A DNA stretch of 64,000 nt from Batkoa obscura (taxonomy: Eukaryota). The DNA is taken from positions 1,860,001 to 1,924,000 of the forward strand of contig JASVEC010000001.1 of the NCBI GenBank assembly GCA_030770535.1, written 5' to 3'. The position numbers were made by a program, and so were the translations under genes. Positions 30,518 through 42,570 of the stretch are shown piece by piece. Under the pieces are notes generated by a model. It worked only from the letters and a program-made list of their open reading frames with translations, was not told where the DNA came from and made no database searches. The stretch's first letter is position 1; the number at the start of each line of letters is the position of its first letter.

Positions 30518-31347
30518 ATATAATCAAGGAATTTTCGGGCTGATCTTCAATTTTAATGAAGTCATGATTCATAATAACAGTCCAGATATTAGGCCACTTA
30601 AGCTAAGCTGTGGTCTGGTAAGCTTATAAGCAAATGTAATGATATATTAATATATTACAGTAATAAAATAATATGTTAACATGAAGTGTTAATATAAAAG
30701 TAAGTTGAGAAAGTGTATTGAAAAATAAGTAAATTGATATCAAACAATTAAAATACATCAATTAAAATACATCAATCTGTTTATTTATAATATAGATATA
30801 ATAATAAGATATTGATAATTGAACAAGGATTAAGATAAGAGAAATTAGTAATATTTATACTAATTTTTATATTATTAGGATCAAGGTCGAAAAGAAACCA
30901 AAGGATGATTGAACAAAGACAACTAAACCACAATAACGGAAAAGAAACTAAATAAAACGATGTTAATTAAATTGTTTTAATATTTAATATATTAATTATA
31001 GTAATTTATAAACATTAATTTCTGGTAGGTTTTGATTAAAATAAAGTTTGTATTTGTATCCCTTGATTTTTAATTTAATTTTAATCTTTGTAATTTTAAA
31101 TCCCTTGTTTTAAAACTTGTTTGAGTAATTTAAATAAAGTAGTTTGAATAAAATATATTGAATAAAGTATGTTGAATATAATAGAATAAGATATTAATAG
31201 TTTAAATTTAGAAATAGAAACGGCTTTAAATAGACTTTCAATGATAATAACAATTTAAATATTATAATATTAATTCTAGTACAGCTAAAATTATTACCAA
31301 TTGGTAATAATTTTAACATTGAAAATTTAGTTGTTGACATAATATTT

Positions 31348-31444
31348 GGGTATGTTTTTTTTAATTTCATCACTTTTTCTATTTTTAAGCGCTATTTGAG
31401 TGGAAAAATTGTAGTAAAATTCTTAAATAAAAAAATACATCCCC
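31348..31444 (-). mobile_element. MITE family A copy
   Basis: Family consensus; non-palindromic ATTT TSD on both sides. Confidence 0.9.
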
Positions 31445-31934
31445 ATTTTATTAATTTATTTTTATTATTAATGAATTTTATAAAACTAAAATTAAAATAT
31501 AATTAATATTTAAAAGATAGTTGTAAATCATGTTGTTTTTATAATGAAAAATATAAAATAAAAAGCTTTAAAAATTATATAAAATCTATTTCCATTGTTT
31601 AAGAGAGTAAATTTTGATTGAAAATAAGTCAAAATGTCTATTTTATACAAAGTTATAGAAAAGTAAAATTTAATAATGAGTTTTTTAGTTACATCATTTC
31701 AATAAGACTTTATTAAGAGTTTATAATTTGAATAATTAGGTTGAATATTAATTATTTTTTGAAATTTTTTATATTCTATTTTTTTATTTTATAATTAATA
31801 GAATTTATGTTTCTTATTGTAATTAAGTTCAATTATTCAATTTATTTAAAAATTAATTTTACTAATATTATCTAATAAAGTATTAAATTTTTAAACATTT
31901 ATAAAAACTTAAAAATTGATTTATTTTGGAATAT

Positions 31935-33303
31935 TTATTGTTGAATTTCACTACCGATTTTATAAGAAAAGATCTAAATTAGATTAAATAAATAAGTAAT
32001 ATATTACTACAATCTATTATAATAAAAATAAAATAATAACTTACTTGAGACCAATCAATTTTATTACGAGTAATAGGTAAATTTCTTCTTAAACCTTTAA
32101 AAGCATTTTGATTTAAATTTAAATAACCTTCATTTAATGCTAATTGATATTCTTGTTCTTTAGTTGCTATTTTGTCAACAATCATTTTAGTTAAAATTTC
32201 AAAATTATTCTATAAAATTAAATTAATTTACTTTTAACTAGAATTCAATATAAATGAATAAATGAACTTACTTTTTGCGCTTCATTAACTTGTATTTTAA
32301 CATCAAATTCTTTACTTGAATGAAGTTGAACATTTCCTTCTTCATAATAATGAACTGTACCTGAAATACTACCTTTTAATTCATTATTAGATACATCATA
32401 TTTCCATTCACTTTTTAAGCGTCCATTCCTATATAAAAATTAATATTGAATTTAATGAAATTATTAAATTGAAGTTACCAATAATTTTTTTGACTTAATT
32501 TTAAACCGAAGATAACAAAAATAAATTGTCCATCTTGATAATAAACCATACTATCCCCATTGGGATAATGTTGTTGTTGGTAAATATTTAATTGTAATGA
32601 AAATTGACTTCTATTTTTTGTAGTAATAATGTTAGGTTTATTCTCTTTCATTTATTTAATTAAATAGTTTACCTCAACTCTTCATTTTCTTCATTATGGA
32701 GATAATTCGTTTCAATAACTTCTACTTTCTATATATAAAAATAATATATTGATATTATATACTATTTTGTTAAAAATTTCTATTACCTGAGTCACTGGTT
32801 CTAAATTAAATTTAATCTTTAATTTAGGACAATAATAAGTATCTTCTCCTAAGTGGTTGTATTTGGTAACAATAGTCTATAGTTAAAAAAACATAAATTA
32901 TTACCCATTCTTTTAAAAACTTAACAATTAAAACTTACTTTATCATTATTATTAACTTCCACGACTAAATAATTTTGTTGAATATATAATTTTAATTTAT
33001 TAATAATAAATGGTTCAAACAATTCTTCTTCTTCCTCTTTAAAAAAGCCAGTAATATCTAGTGAATTTTAATTAATCTTAATCCTCAAAATCATTATTCA
33101 TTGTTTTTTTTCTTTTTTTTCAAATTCCAATTCTTCTTACCTCGAATAACATCATTAATTTCCCCTGGCGGTGCATCTAATAAAAAGTTTGATGCCAATT
33201 CAAAGCGCTCATTTAAGCTTAATTCTTCATATTCACTTCCTTGTTCCACTTGTTCCGTTTGCTCAATTTGTTCATTTTGCTCAACTGGTTCAATTTGTTC
33301 CAT
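31935..33303 (-). CDS. CAP1: F-actin capping protein alpha subunit, multi-exon
   Basis: ASNFLLDAPPGEINDV, VHYYEEGNVQL, FKGLRRNLPITRNKIDW, SYKIG. Confidence 0.95.
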
Positions 33304-33444
33304 CTTTTAGTTTTAAAAAAGTGACAAAAATTGATTTCGTCTTTAATTTTAAAAAGTGCCAATTTTTTGAGTTGAACCAATTAAAGATATAGATAAACAA
33401 GGTCTTATTGAATTTTCTAAAAAGAGTATGTAAAAATCGAAAAA

Positions 33445-33516
33445 AGGTCCCACCGAGAATCGAACTCGGATTACAAGGATCAAAACCTTGGGTGCTAACC
33501 ATTACACCATGGAACC
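33445..33516 (-). tRNA. tRNA-Gln (TTG)
   Basis: GGTTCCATGGTGTAATGGTTAGCACCCAAGG-TT-TTG-AT-CCTTG...CCGAGTTCGATTCTCGGTGGGACCT, followed by a T-run. Confidence 0.97.
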
Positions 33517-33834
33517 ATACTCACTATGAGTTTTATTATTTATAAATAGTTTATTTTACAAGATCTTTGAAAAAAAAACCAATAAGTTTCTTAAAATGAT
33601 AAATTTGTAAGTTAACTTATTAGCTTAAAATTTCAAAATTTGTTTTTTTTATTTAATTTAATAAACATTTTAGAATAATAAAGGATTTTAATGTTTAAAA
33701 TAGTTTATTTTAATTATTTATAGCAATTTGTCTTTTAGTCTAAGAATTATAATAAAAAAATAACCAATAAACACTTAGATATATCTCCATTTCTCTTAAA
33801 ATCTAACTTATTATTGATTTAATTCATAATATAT

Positions 33835-33932
33835 GAGGATGTCTTTTTTGGTTTCATCACTTTTTTCATTTCTCAAGCGCTATTTGGGTAGAATAATTGT
33901 TAGTAAAATTCTCAAACACAAAAAATATCACC
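33835..33932 (-). mobile_element. MITE family A copy (diverged)
   Basis: Family consensus with substitutions; flanks ATAT/ATTA. Confidence 0.8.
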
Positions 33933-34118
33933 ATTATTTTTCTAAATAATAGTTAAATTAAAATAATAAAATCTTACATTTATACCCCGGATACTTTATA
34001 TAACTTATAAATTAAGTTGTATTATTATTTATTTTGCAATTTTTTATATTACATTTAATAACATGAAATATAAAGTAAATAACATATATTTTGTATTTCA
34101 TTTTATATTTTATTCTTT

Positions 34119-35783
34119 TTATCTCAACTCTACATTTAATTTATTTTCAATAATGGAACGTATTTTTTCTTGAATTGAATTAATTTCTTCATTAGTAACA
34201 TTTCTATTAAATAAAAATACAATAAATAAATACAATACAATAAATATAATATAATATAATATAATATAACATAATATAATGAATAATATATATATAATAT
34301 TACCTATCCATTGAACGATAAATAATTCTATAACATTTACTTTCTCTATTAGTTTTTGGATGTTTAAAACTATCAATCTAAAAATTATAAAAATAATTAT
34401 AAAAATATTATATTGCAATAAATAATAAAATATAATAAAATATAATATAATAAACCTACCAATTCTACGGACTCCACTAAATCTCCAGCGATTTCTCTAA
34501 CTAAATCTGAAAAATCATTTTCTTCAAATTGATTATTAATCCAAAATGTAATATCTTTAATACAAGGTGGTAATTTGGAAAATGGTTGAAATTGAATTAA
34601 ATCATTTAAATTCTTATTTTTAAATTGATTTAAAAATCTTGAATCTTCACTCCAAAATAATCTTATATCTTGAATATTATATAATACCATACTTAATCTT
34701 TCAATTCCAAACCCACTGGCCCAGCCTATTTCATTTTTACGTCCTAATATAATAATATTAATTAATATATAATAATATATAATAATAATAAATTACCATT
34801 TTTATCTAAAATTTCTTGTTTTAATATACCGCAACCCATAACTTCTAGCCATTGATTATTAAAATAAATTTCAACTTCCCAAGAAGGTGAAGTGAATGGA
34901 AAATAAGCTTCAATCCAACGAATTTTTAATTTTTGATTTTGATCATTTTGATTTTTACCAAATAAATTAAATAACATTTGATTTACAGTTGTTTTTAAAT
35001 CTTTTGTAATTAATTCAATATCTTTAATATTATGTTCTTTTTGTAATCCATTATTACTACTTAAATTATTAAAATTTAATTTCGATTCTTCTACTTCTAT
35101 ATTATTGCTAATATCTTCTTTGTTCTCTTGTTGATTATCACTTTCTTTTTGATATTTTTCTAATTGTTCTTTATTGAATAAATGAACTACCTCTAACTGA
35201 TGAAATACAGGATAATGATTTTTATCAATTTCATCTCTTCTATAAACATCAGCACAAATTGTAAATTTATCTACTTCTTTTAATTTATAAACATCTATTT
35301 CATTAGTAGTTGTATGTGTTCTTAGCATATAATCTTTATTAAAATAAAAAGAATCCGATTTACTTCTACCAGGATGATCTTTTTTAACTAATAAATCATC
35401 AAAATTTTGTGTCGTTTTTACAATTGGTGAATAATCATTGAAATGTTGATAACCTAATAAACTAGTTTGAATTTTATTTTTAATTAAATTGATCGGATGT
35501 TCACATTGATTATGTAATCTTTTTTCAATTTTTTGTAATATATTGTTATTAATATTACTATACTCATCTTTTATATATTCTTTTTCATCGATTTTATAAT
35601 GCGTGGTTTCATTTTTTAATTCAAGTGCAATACTTTTACTTGAAACTATATGGAATAAACGGATTAAAATATTATTTAAAAGGTAATGATATTATATATT
35701 AACTTACATTTTATTGAACTTAATAATTTGTTTTTATTAATTTTATGGATTAATGAAACTCTATTAATGAATAAACAAGTCAT
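34119..35783 (-). CDS. MSF1: Mitochondrial phenylalanyl-tRNA synthetase, multi-exon
   Basis: Presequence; DHPGRSKSDSFY, MLRTHTT, DVYRRDEIDKNHYPVFHQLE, AYFPFTSPSWEVEI, DIRLFWSEDSRF, anticodon-binding C-terminus. Confidence 0.95.
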
Positions 35784-36043
35784 CTCTTATTGTTTTTTTA
35801 CTATAGTAATTTTATTATAATAAAGAATTAACTTAATAATAAGCTCAAGTTTAAATAATCTACAAATTTAATTCGAAACGAAGTGGTCCTATTATTGGTC
35901 GTTCAAGCCACCAATAAAAAAAGATAGAATTTCATAGTACTAAATTGAAAATTAAAGCTACACTACACATAAAATTACTAAATCTTTATTCACTTTTTTT
36001 AATTTGATATTATTCTAACTTTTATAAAAATTTAAAAAAAATT

Positions 36044-36492
36044 ATGGTAACTTATTATTATTTAACTAACACTGTAAAAAACAAGAATTTATAAATATAT
36101 AAAAAGCTAATTAGAAGCAGAAACTACTGAATAAAAATGAAGAAAATTCAATGATTTAATTAACATTGAACCTTTATTTAGTCATCTTCCGATTATCTTG
36201 TAGGCTTAAGTCTAATAGCCTTTGGTTTATTTGCATTTTCATACTATACATTTTGGGCTGTAATATTGGTAATTTAATCATCTTCTATCTACTTGTAATT
36301 TACTAATTAATCGATAATATTTCTACTTTACAGCCTTTCTTACCATCAGATCATTTTGCCCAATCATTTTTCCTTGGGAATGATATGGTAGTCTATGCCC
36401 CATTAACTGTACTAATTGTAGGTGTAGCTCTTATTGCAGGTTTTATATCCTCAGTATTATATAAGAAAGCTAATAAGAAAAAGTCTACTTAA
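36044..36492 (+). CDS. DPM2: Dolichol-phosphate mannose synthase regulatory subunit DPM2, paralog a
   Basis: ATG-only exon 1, intron 36047-36181; M|SSSDYLVGLSLIAFGLFAFSYYTFWAVIL|PFLPSDHFAQSFFL...KKKST*. Confidence 0.85.
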
Positions 36493-36876
36493 TTGTAAGA
36501 ATAAAATGAATTTATTTTGCTACAAATTATGGTAATTATTTTGAGCAATACAGGCTTTTTTTAGCTTATTTTTTCTATCTATGGGGACATTGAGGTAGAG
36601 AGTTGATTGATAGTATATTTTAGATTTCAATTTAAATGTGTTAGATAAATAGAAATAAAGTAAAAATACCCAACTTAGATCATATTATAATATAATTTGA
36701 AACGTGGTATTTATTCTTTTGATTACAATCACAAATGGAAAAATAGTTAGAATCGTTAATAAAACCAAATTTATTATTATTACAAATAATATAAACAAAA
36801 ATATTAAAAAAATAAGTCAATAAACTGCTATAAAACGAATAAATATAATAATTTTATGATATGGTACAACAAACAA

Positions 36877-36947
36877 GTCATTGTAGTATAGTGGTAGTAC
36901 GCCGCGTTGTGGCCGCGATAGCGGGGGTTCGATTCCCCCCAATGACA
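36877..36947 (+). tRNA. tRNA-His (GTG)
   Basis: GTCATTG/CAATGAC acceptor stem, TAGTATAGTGG A-box, anticodon loop TT-GTG-GC, GGTTCGATTCC B-box. Confidence 0.95.
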
Positions 36948-37051
36948 CTTACAATTTTTAAAATTGAAAAACAAATAAGATTAAACTTAACTGATAAAAT
37001 TGTTTTTCTAAAAAACTATACCTTTTTTATTTAAAAACAACATAGTTCCCA

Positions 37052-37609
37052 ATGAAGATATTATGTTTTGGGGATTCAATAACAAAAGGATATGCGGGCG
37101 AGTTTTCAACCTATTTCGAAGATAGTACTATTTATGATGGTGGTGAGAATGGTGAATTAGTAGTAGAAATGGAAAATCGATTAACTAATTTATTACTCAA
37201 AAACCAATATGGTATAATCATCTTATTAGGAGGTATCAATGACCTTGGTAGTGATATTGAAATCAATAAAATCATACACAGTTTTAAAAAGGTTTATCAG
37301 ATTATAGATAGTAATGAATGTGTGAAGAAGTTGATTCATTTAACTGTTCCATTTAATGCATTTGATAAGTTTGAATCTGAAAAAGGGAATAAGATGGAAT
37401 TAAATGATTCCATTAAAAATGAATTATATAGCGATAAAAGAATAGTGTTTGATTTGAATAACACTGAGTTCAATTATTTAAATTTGAATGATATGGAAAG
37501 AAAGCTATATTGGGACGATAGTATTCATTATTCAAGCTTGGGTTATAAATTATTAGCTAAAGATATTTTTACCTTTTACACAAATTCACTCTCTCAAACC
37601 TCAAGGTAG
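37052..37609 (+). CDS. SGNH/GDSL hydrolase, intronless
   Basis: Block I FGDSIT, block III LGGINDL, block V DSIH. Confidence 0.9.
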   Translation: MKILCFGDSITKGYAGEFSTYFEDSTIYDGGENGELVVEMENRLTNLLLKNQYGIIILLGGINDLGSDIEINKIIHSFKKVYQIIDSNECVKKLIHLTVPFNAFDKFESEKGNKMELNDSIKNELYSDKRIVFDLNNTEFNYLNLNDMERKLYWDDSIHYSSLGYKLLAKDIFTFYTNSLSQTSR

Positions 37610-37843
37610 TTCAAATTAGATTTTATTTCTCTTTGATAGAACTCTGGCCTTTTAATTCTCTCTTTTCCCTTTTCGTACACATTTTGTCTACCTTTTTAAG
37701 ATCAAATAAGATATCCATACATTAAAAAAACTAGTTGCTATTCCTTATAAGGTTATAGCATGATTGAAGTAGAGTAGAATTTGTATCAAGAGGTAATTAA
37801 AATAATTTTATATAACGGTTGAATTAACTCATTTAATTAAAAG

Positions 37844-38479
37844 ATGGATAATTCAAAATATATTACCACTGCTGCTATCGCTTCAGCCATCACTGCCCCA
37901 CTTGTTTATTATTTAACTAGTAGCTCTTATGCTAAAAAGAATAGTGTAGGTGCCCAAAGTATTCAGCGTCAAGCTTTAGCTGAAGAAGCCCAAGAAGAGT
38001 TAAAAAAGTTAAAGGAGAACTTAAAGAGAAAGGAATTGATAGAGAAGGAATATGAGCAAGCTAAGGCAACCTTAGAAAAATATGAAAAAGAAATGAAAAA
38101 AAAGGAAGAAGAAAGTAAGTTTTTAAACGGTAATAATGAAGATTTACAAAAAGAGGTAATTCAGTTCACTGCTGAAGAAAAAAATAAGTTAGAAGAGGAA
38201 ATCAATCAATTAAAACAAGAAATTAAAAAAAGTCAAGTTAATGGTATTGATACACAAAAAATTGATGAAGAGCTTAAAGAACATAAACAAAAGTTAACTG
38301 ATGCTATCAAAGAACTTGAAGAAGAACGTAAGAAAAATGAAACCGATGGTAAACAATCTTCTAGTGATTCTGCTACTATTGAACAACTTAAACTTGAATT
38401 ACAAGAAGCCGAAAGTGGTAAAACACATGATGGGATTACTATGGCTAAGTTAGGTGAAAAGATAATCGATATGATATAA
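37844..38479 (+). CDS. Truncated inverted paralog (211 aa) of the coiled-coil gene at 20215-21453
   Basis: First 190 aa match the paralog except Y>H; then diverged sequence and a premature stop; may be a pseudogene. Confidence 0.65.
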   Translation: MDNSKYITTAAIASAITAPLVYYLTSSSYAKKNSVGAQSIQRQALAEEAQEELKKLKENLKRKELIEKEYEQAKATLEKYEKEMKKKEEESKFLNGNNEDLQKEVIQFTAEEKNKLEEEINQLKQEIKKSQVNGIDTQKIDEELKEHKQKLTDAIKELEEERKKNETDGKQSSSDSATIEQLKLELQEAESGKTHDGITMAKLGEKIIDMI

Positions 38480-39010
38480 CTAAAAAAATGGACAAGCTTT
38501 AACTTGTGAACATTAAACTGAAGGCATTGAAACTAAGCTTAATTAGTTAAAAGAAGTAAAAATAACAAAATAAATTATCCATTCTATTGTTAGTACTATA
38601 AGAATCCTATTTTATTGTTAAGTTTTATACTTTTCAATTTTAAAACTATTTATTCTTGGTTTTTCCCTTTTGAAATTATCAGATGTGTTAGTCATAGTTG
38701 AATGCTCTTAATTTTATAAAATTTTACCTTTTCATTTCAAGGTTTTAGGTTTTGTAAATGAATTATATTTCAGTGATTTGATTATAGATAGTTAAGTTGT
38801 TTACTTTTATTTTTTTACATAAATACTTATACTAGGGTAATAATATAAAGAATACTCGGAGCCGACATCACATAAATAAGTTTAAAACTATTATTGCCTA
38901 AATATCACTTATCTTCTTTTATGGTTAGTTACTATTAAATATTAATAAAAAGATCAAAAACATAGTGCTTTGATATGTTTTTTAAAATCATCTCCAGATA
39001 TTTACTATAT

Positions 39011-39106
39011 GGGGGTATTTTTTTTGGCTTCACTTTTTCCACCTTTTAAGCGCTATTTGAGTGGAAAAATTGATAGTAAAATTCTTAAACATAAAAATAC
39101 ATCCCC
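39011..39106 (-). mobile_element. MITE family A copy
   Basis: Family consensus; flanks ATAT/ATGT. Confidence 0.9.
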
Positions 39107-39305
39107 ATGTTATTATCATAGCTTTTCCACAGTTTATTGCATATAAAAGGTGATTTATTTATTTTATCTTTTACACTTAAATTGGATTTTTTAATACAAA
39201 ACTAGTACATCTGATATCTAATTTATGTTAGAATATATTTTGGTTTTATAACATTTTATCTATTATTATATTTTATTTAAAATACTTATGAAAGCTTATA
39301 CAAAT

Positions 39306-39402
39306 GGGGATGTTTTTTGTGTTTAAGAATTTACTATCAATTTTTCCACTCAAATAGCGCTTAAAAGGTGGAAAAAGTGATGAAGCCAAAAAAAACACCC
39401 CC
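39306..39402 (+). mobile_element. MITE family A copy
   Basis: Family consensus; non-palindromic AAAT TSD on both sides. Confidence 0.9.
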
Positions 39403-39532
39403 AAATGTTGAAATATATATATAGCATTATACTAGTGTTATAAAAATTTGCAAATATTTTATACTATAATGTTATATTTTTTAAAACTTAAGAGAAAAAT
39501 AGTTTAAACCAGTAAATATTTTTATTAATAAA

Positions 39533-40210
39533 TTAATAGTATGGGGTAGCGTTGTTATGACCACTGAAGTTAGTACCTGCACCAATGACACCAAGTCCAG
39601 TAGATGAACCATAGTTGTTGGAAGAGCCAACGGATCCAGCACCAGTAGCAATGATACCAACACTATTACCTGCATTAGTATCTGAATATGGGCCAAGAGA
39701 TTGACCATAACTTGTTCCTGAACCAGTAATACCTGATGAGTTAATAGCATTACCTTGAGAAGCTTGGAAAGTGGTAGATGAGCCAAAACCAGCAGTTCCT
39801 AAAGTAAGACCAGAAGTAGAACCAGTACCAGCAGAACCTGCATGGTTACTAGTACTTCCGAAAGAAGATCCTACATTAACAAGTCCAGAATTACCAGTGG
39901 CACCAGAAATAGCATTGTTACCAGATGAAAAGTTGTTGCTGTATGGGGTAGCAGTACCTCCAGCTACATTAGAGCTAGCACCGAAAGATGAGTTTTGCCC
40001 TGAAGCAATACCAGCTGAATTACCAGTGGTAGTACTAGAACCACTTCCAGCTGCAGCACCAAAAGATGAGTTTACAGCAACACTTCCTCCATTAGTGATA
40101 CCGCCAATAGCACCTGAGCCACTGACTTGAGAAATAGAGTTAGTTGGAACTGGAACAGCAAGGACGGAAGTCAAAGCTAAGACAATCATGAAAGGAATAG
40201 ATTTAACCAT
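39533..40210 (-). CDS. Secreted Gly/Ser/Asn/Thr-rich low-complexity protein, copy 1
   Basis: Signal peptide MVKSIPFMIVLALTSVLA; intronless; TATA-like TATATAAA ~95 bp upstream. Confidence 0.9.
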   Translation of the reverse strand: MVKSIPFMIVLALTSVLAVPVPTNSISQVSGSGAIGGITNGGSVAVNSSFGAAAGSGSSTTTGNSAGIASGQNSSFGASSNVAGGTATPYSNNFSSGNNAISGATGNSGLVNVGSSFGSTSNHAGSAGTGSTSGLTLGTAGFGSSTTFQASQGNAINSSGITGSGTSYGQSLGPYSDTNAGNSVGIIATGAGSVGSSNNYGSSTGLGVIGAGTNFSGHNNATPYY

Positions 40211-40626
40211 TTTGTGAATTAGAGTGATATTAATAATTTTTATAAATTAAGAGATAGTTAGAATTGATTTTTGATATTAAATGTTGATGTTATTTCTTGA
40301 GTTTATATATTTATTTTTTAAGGTTTTTAGTTTTGTCTTTTAATAAGGGTTTGTTTTATAATATTATGAATAACCTTCATTCAACTGTGTATTAGGTGTA
40401 GTATGTAGCTTTTTCTTCCTTATTGTGTGTCTTTTTAGATTATTTTCTCCCGCTTTCCTTAGTTTTAAATTTCCCCTAATTTTCAATTGATTACCTTAAA
40501 TCTAGCACTAAGCTTTAATATACACCTATTGCAACTCTTTTGCGACCTAACTAATACTCACTTGAGAGAAATTTCTATCGGAATTCAATCAAATATTTGT
40601 ATCATGCTTTAAAAAATTGGCTATAT

Positions 40627-40725
40627 GAGGGTGTTTTTTTTGGTTTCATCACTTCTTCCATTTTTTAAGCACTATTTGAGCAGAAAGATTATTAGTAAAA
40701 TTCTTAAACAAAAAAATACATCCCC
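40627..40725 (-). mobile_element. MITE family A copy
   Basis: GAGGGTGTTTTT...ATACATCCCC; ATAT TSD on both sides. Confidence 0.9.
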
Positions 40726-41892
40726 ATATAATAATTTAACTATAAAAATTCCTACTAGATAAATCGCAAAAGAACTACAACGATTTAATTGGGCTAGTCT
40801 AGCCTTATACACACTAATTTTTAGTCATGTTATGCTAAACATTTAAGTTAAAATAATTAGTTAGACTGGGTGCATTTACGTAAATTTTTAAAATATTTAA
40901 CTCTATTTTCCAATATAGTAAAATTATTAATTTGACTTCATTGTAGATGGTGTTGTCAATCGTTATCTATTTCTTAATACTGTTTTTTTGATTTATAACT
41001 TAGGGATCTTTCTAATTTTATTTTAGTATAACACGGATGTGAATAGTTAGTTATCTAGGAGAGACTGAGATGAATGTATATAATTGTTCAATAAATATAT
41101 GAGACTATCGTTTTAAATTTCATTTTTCATCCTTATAATGTAGCATAGAAACAAAAAAAACATCCTCAAAATACTGAAACAGATAAGGGGATTCCTATAT
41201 TTTTTGACTCTTAGAGGCTTACAAACCTGTGTTTTTATTTAACATAATAAAGAAGCACTCTAAAAATAATTCAATAGAATTAAATGTAAGGCAACCAAAT
41301 AATATTGATAAGCAGGATTAGATCCATAACTTTAGCTGTTTGAGAATTAGATATCCTTTATGGAATCTAGGAACGCACTTTTAATCAAATGAGGTTCCTT
41401 TGTGGCAGTGTATAGGTGATATTAGAACTATTAGGATGAAAAAAAGATGGAATTAAGGTAAACAGACTGAAAATTTCCTAAGTTCTAGTAGTAGTAGGAG
41501 GGGCTTATGATAAATCTAGAAGTTGATTTAACAAGAAAATAGCTCATAAAGTCGGAAATGAAACTTGAGAGAACACTTTAAGCTGAATTAAATTAAATCA
41601 GTTTCGTAGACTATGGGCAGCAGTACATTAAATGAACCTATGAAATTTATTATTGTTATTAATTTTACGCAAATTCAAAGTCCGTTGGTTTTTGAATACT
41701 AAAAAATTCAATTAATAAACTCACTGATAACTTTCAAACTTGTACATATTGTAAATTAGTAGTATTCAGTTTATTGTTTAGTTTAATACTGTTTACTATT
41801 ATTCAAACTATAATTTCTTTATAAAACTACAAAATATTTTAACATATCAAAAAAAAGAATGGCTTAAACCAGTAAACATTTTTATTAATAAA

Positions 41893-42570
41893 TTAATAGT
41901 ATGGGGTAGCGTTGTTATGACCACTGAAGTTAGTACCTGCACCAATGACACCAAGTCCAGTAGATGAACCATAGTTGTTGGAAGAGCCAACGGATCCAGC
42001 ACCAGTAGCAATGATACCAACACTATTACCTGCATTAGTATCTGAATATGGGCCAAGAGATTGACCATAACTTGTTCCTGAACCAGTAATACCTGATGAG
42101 TTAATAGCATTACCTTGAGAAGCTTGGAAAGTGGTAGATGAGCCAAAACCAGCAGTTCCTAAAGTAAGACCAGAAGTAGAACCAGTACCAGCAGAACCTG
42201 CATGGTTACTAGTACTTCCGAAAGAAGATCCTACATTAACAAGTCCAGAATTACCAGTGGCACCAGAAATAGCATTGTTACCAGATGAAAAGTTGTTGCT
42301 GTATGGGGTAGCAGTACCTCCAGCTACATTAGAGCTAGCACCGAAAGATGAGTTTTGCCCTGAAGCAATACCAGCTGAATTACCAGTGGTAGTACTAGAA
42401 CCACTTCCAGCTGCAGCACCAAAAGATGAGTTTACAGCAACACTTCCTCCATTAGTGATACCGCCAATAGCACCTGAGCCACTGACTTGAGAAATAGAGT
42501 TAGTTGGAACTGGAACAGCAAGGACGGAAGTCAAAGCTAAGACAATCATGAAAGGAATAGATTTAACCAT
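41893..42570 (-). CDS. Secreted Gly/Ser/Asn/Thr-rich low-complexity protein, copy 2
   Basis: Protein identical to copy 1; direct repeat at offset 2360 bp. Confidence 0.9.
   Translation of the reverse strand: MVKSIPFMIVLALTSVLAVPVPTNSISQVSGSGAIGGITNGGSVAVNSSFGAAAGSGSSTTTGNSAGIASGQNSSFGASSNVAGGTATPYSNNFSSGNNAISGATGNSGLVNVGSSFGSTSNHAGSAGTGSTSGLTLGTAGFGSSTTFQASQGNAINSSGITGSGTSYGQSLGPYSDTNAGNSVGIIATGAGSVGSSNNYGSSTGLGVIGAGTNFSGHNNATPYY

Noticed and set aside
30417..30629. 70-aa ORF (also 21904-22242)
   Set aside because: Starts or ends inside MITE sequence; low-complexity chance ORFs
33290..33502. 70-aa ORF
   Set aside because: Overlaps tRNA-Gln and the CAP1 upstream region
41190..41640. GC-richer intergenic patch as a gene (similar patches at 54360-54590 and 58560-58870)
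   Set aside because: Multiple stops in the frames I read and no recognisable motif; possibly decayed ORFs but unsupported
39771..42490. Pro-rich plus-strand ORFs 39771-40130 and 42131-42490, and similar shadows (6024, 20804, 43544, 45106, 46299)
   Set aside because: Antisense or alternate-frame shadows of biased codon usage in real genes
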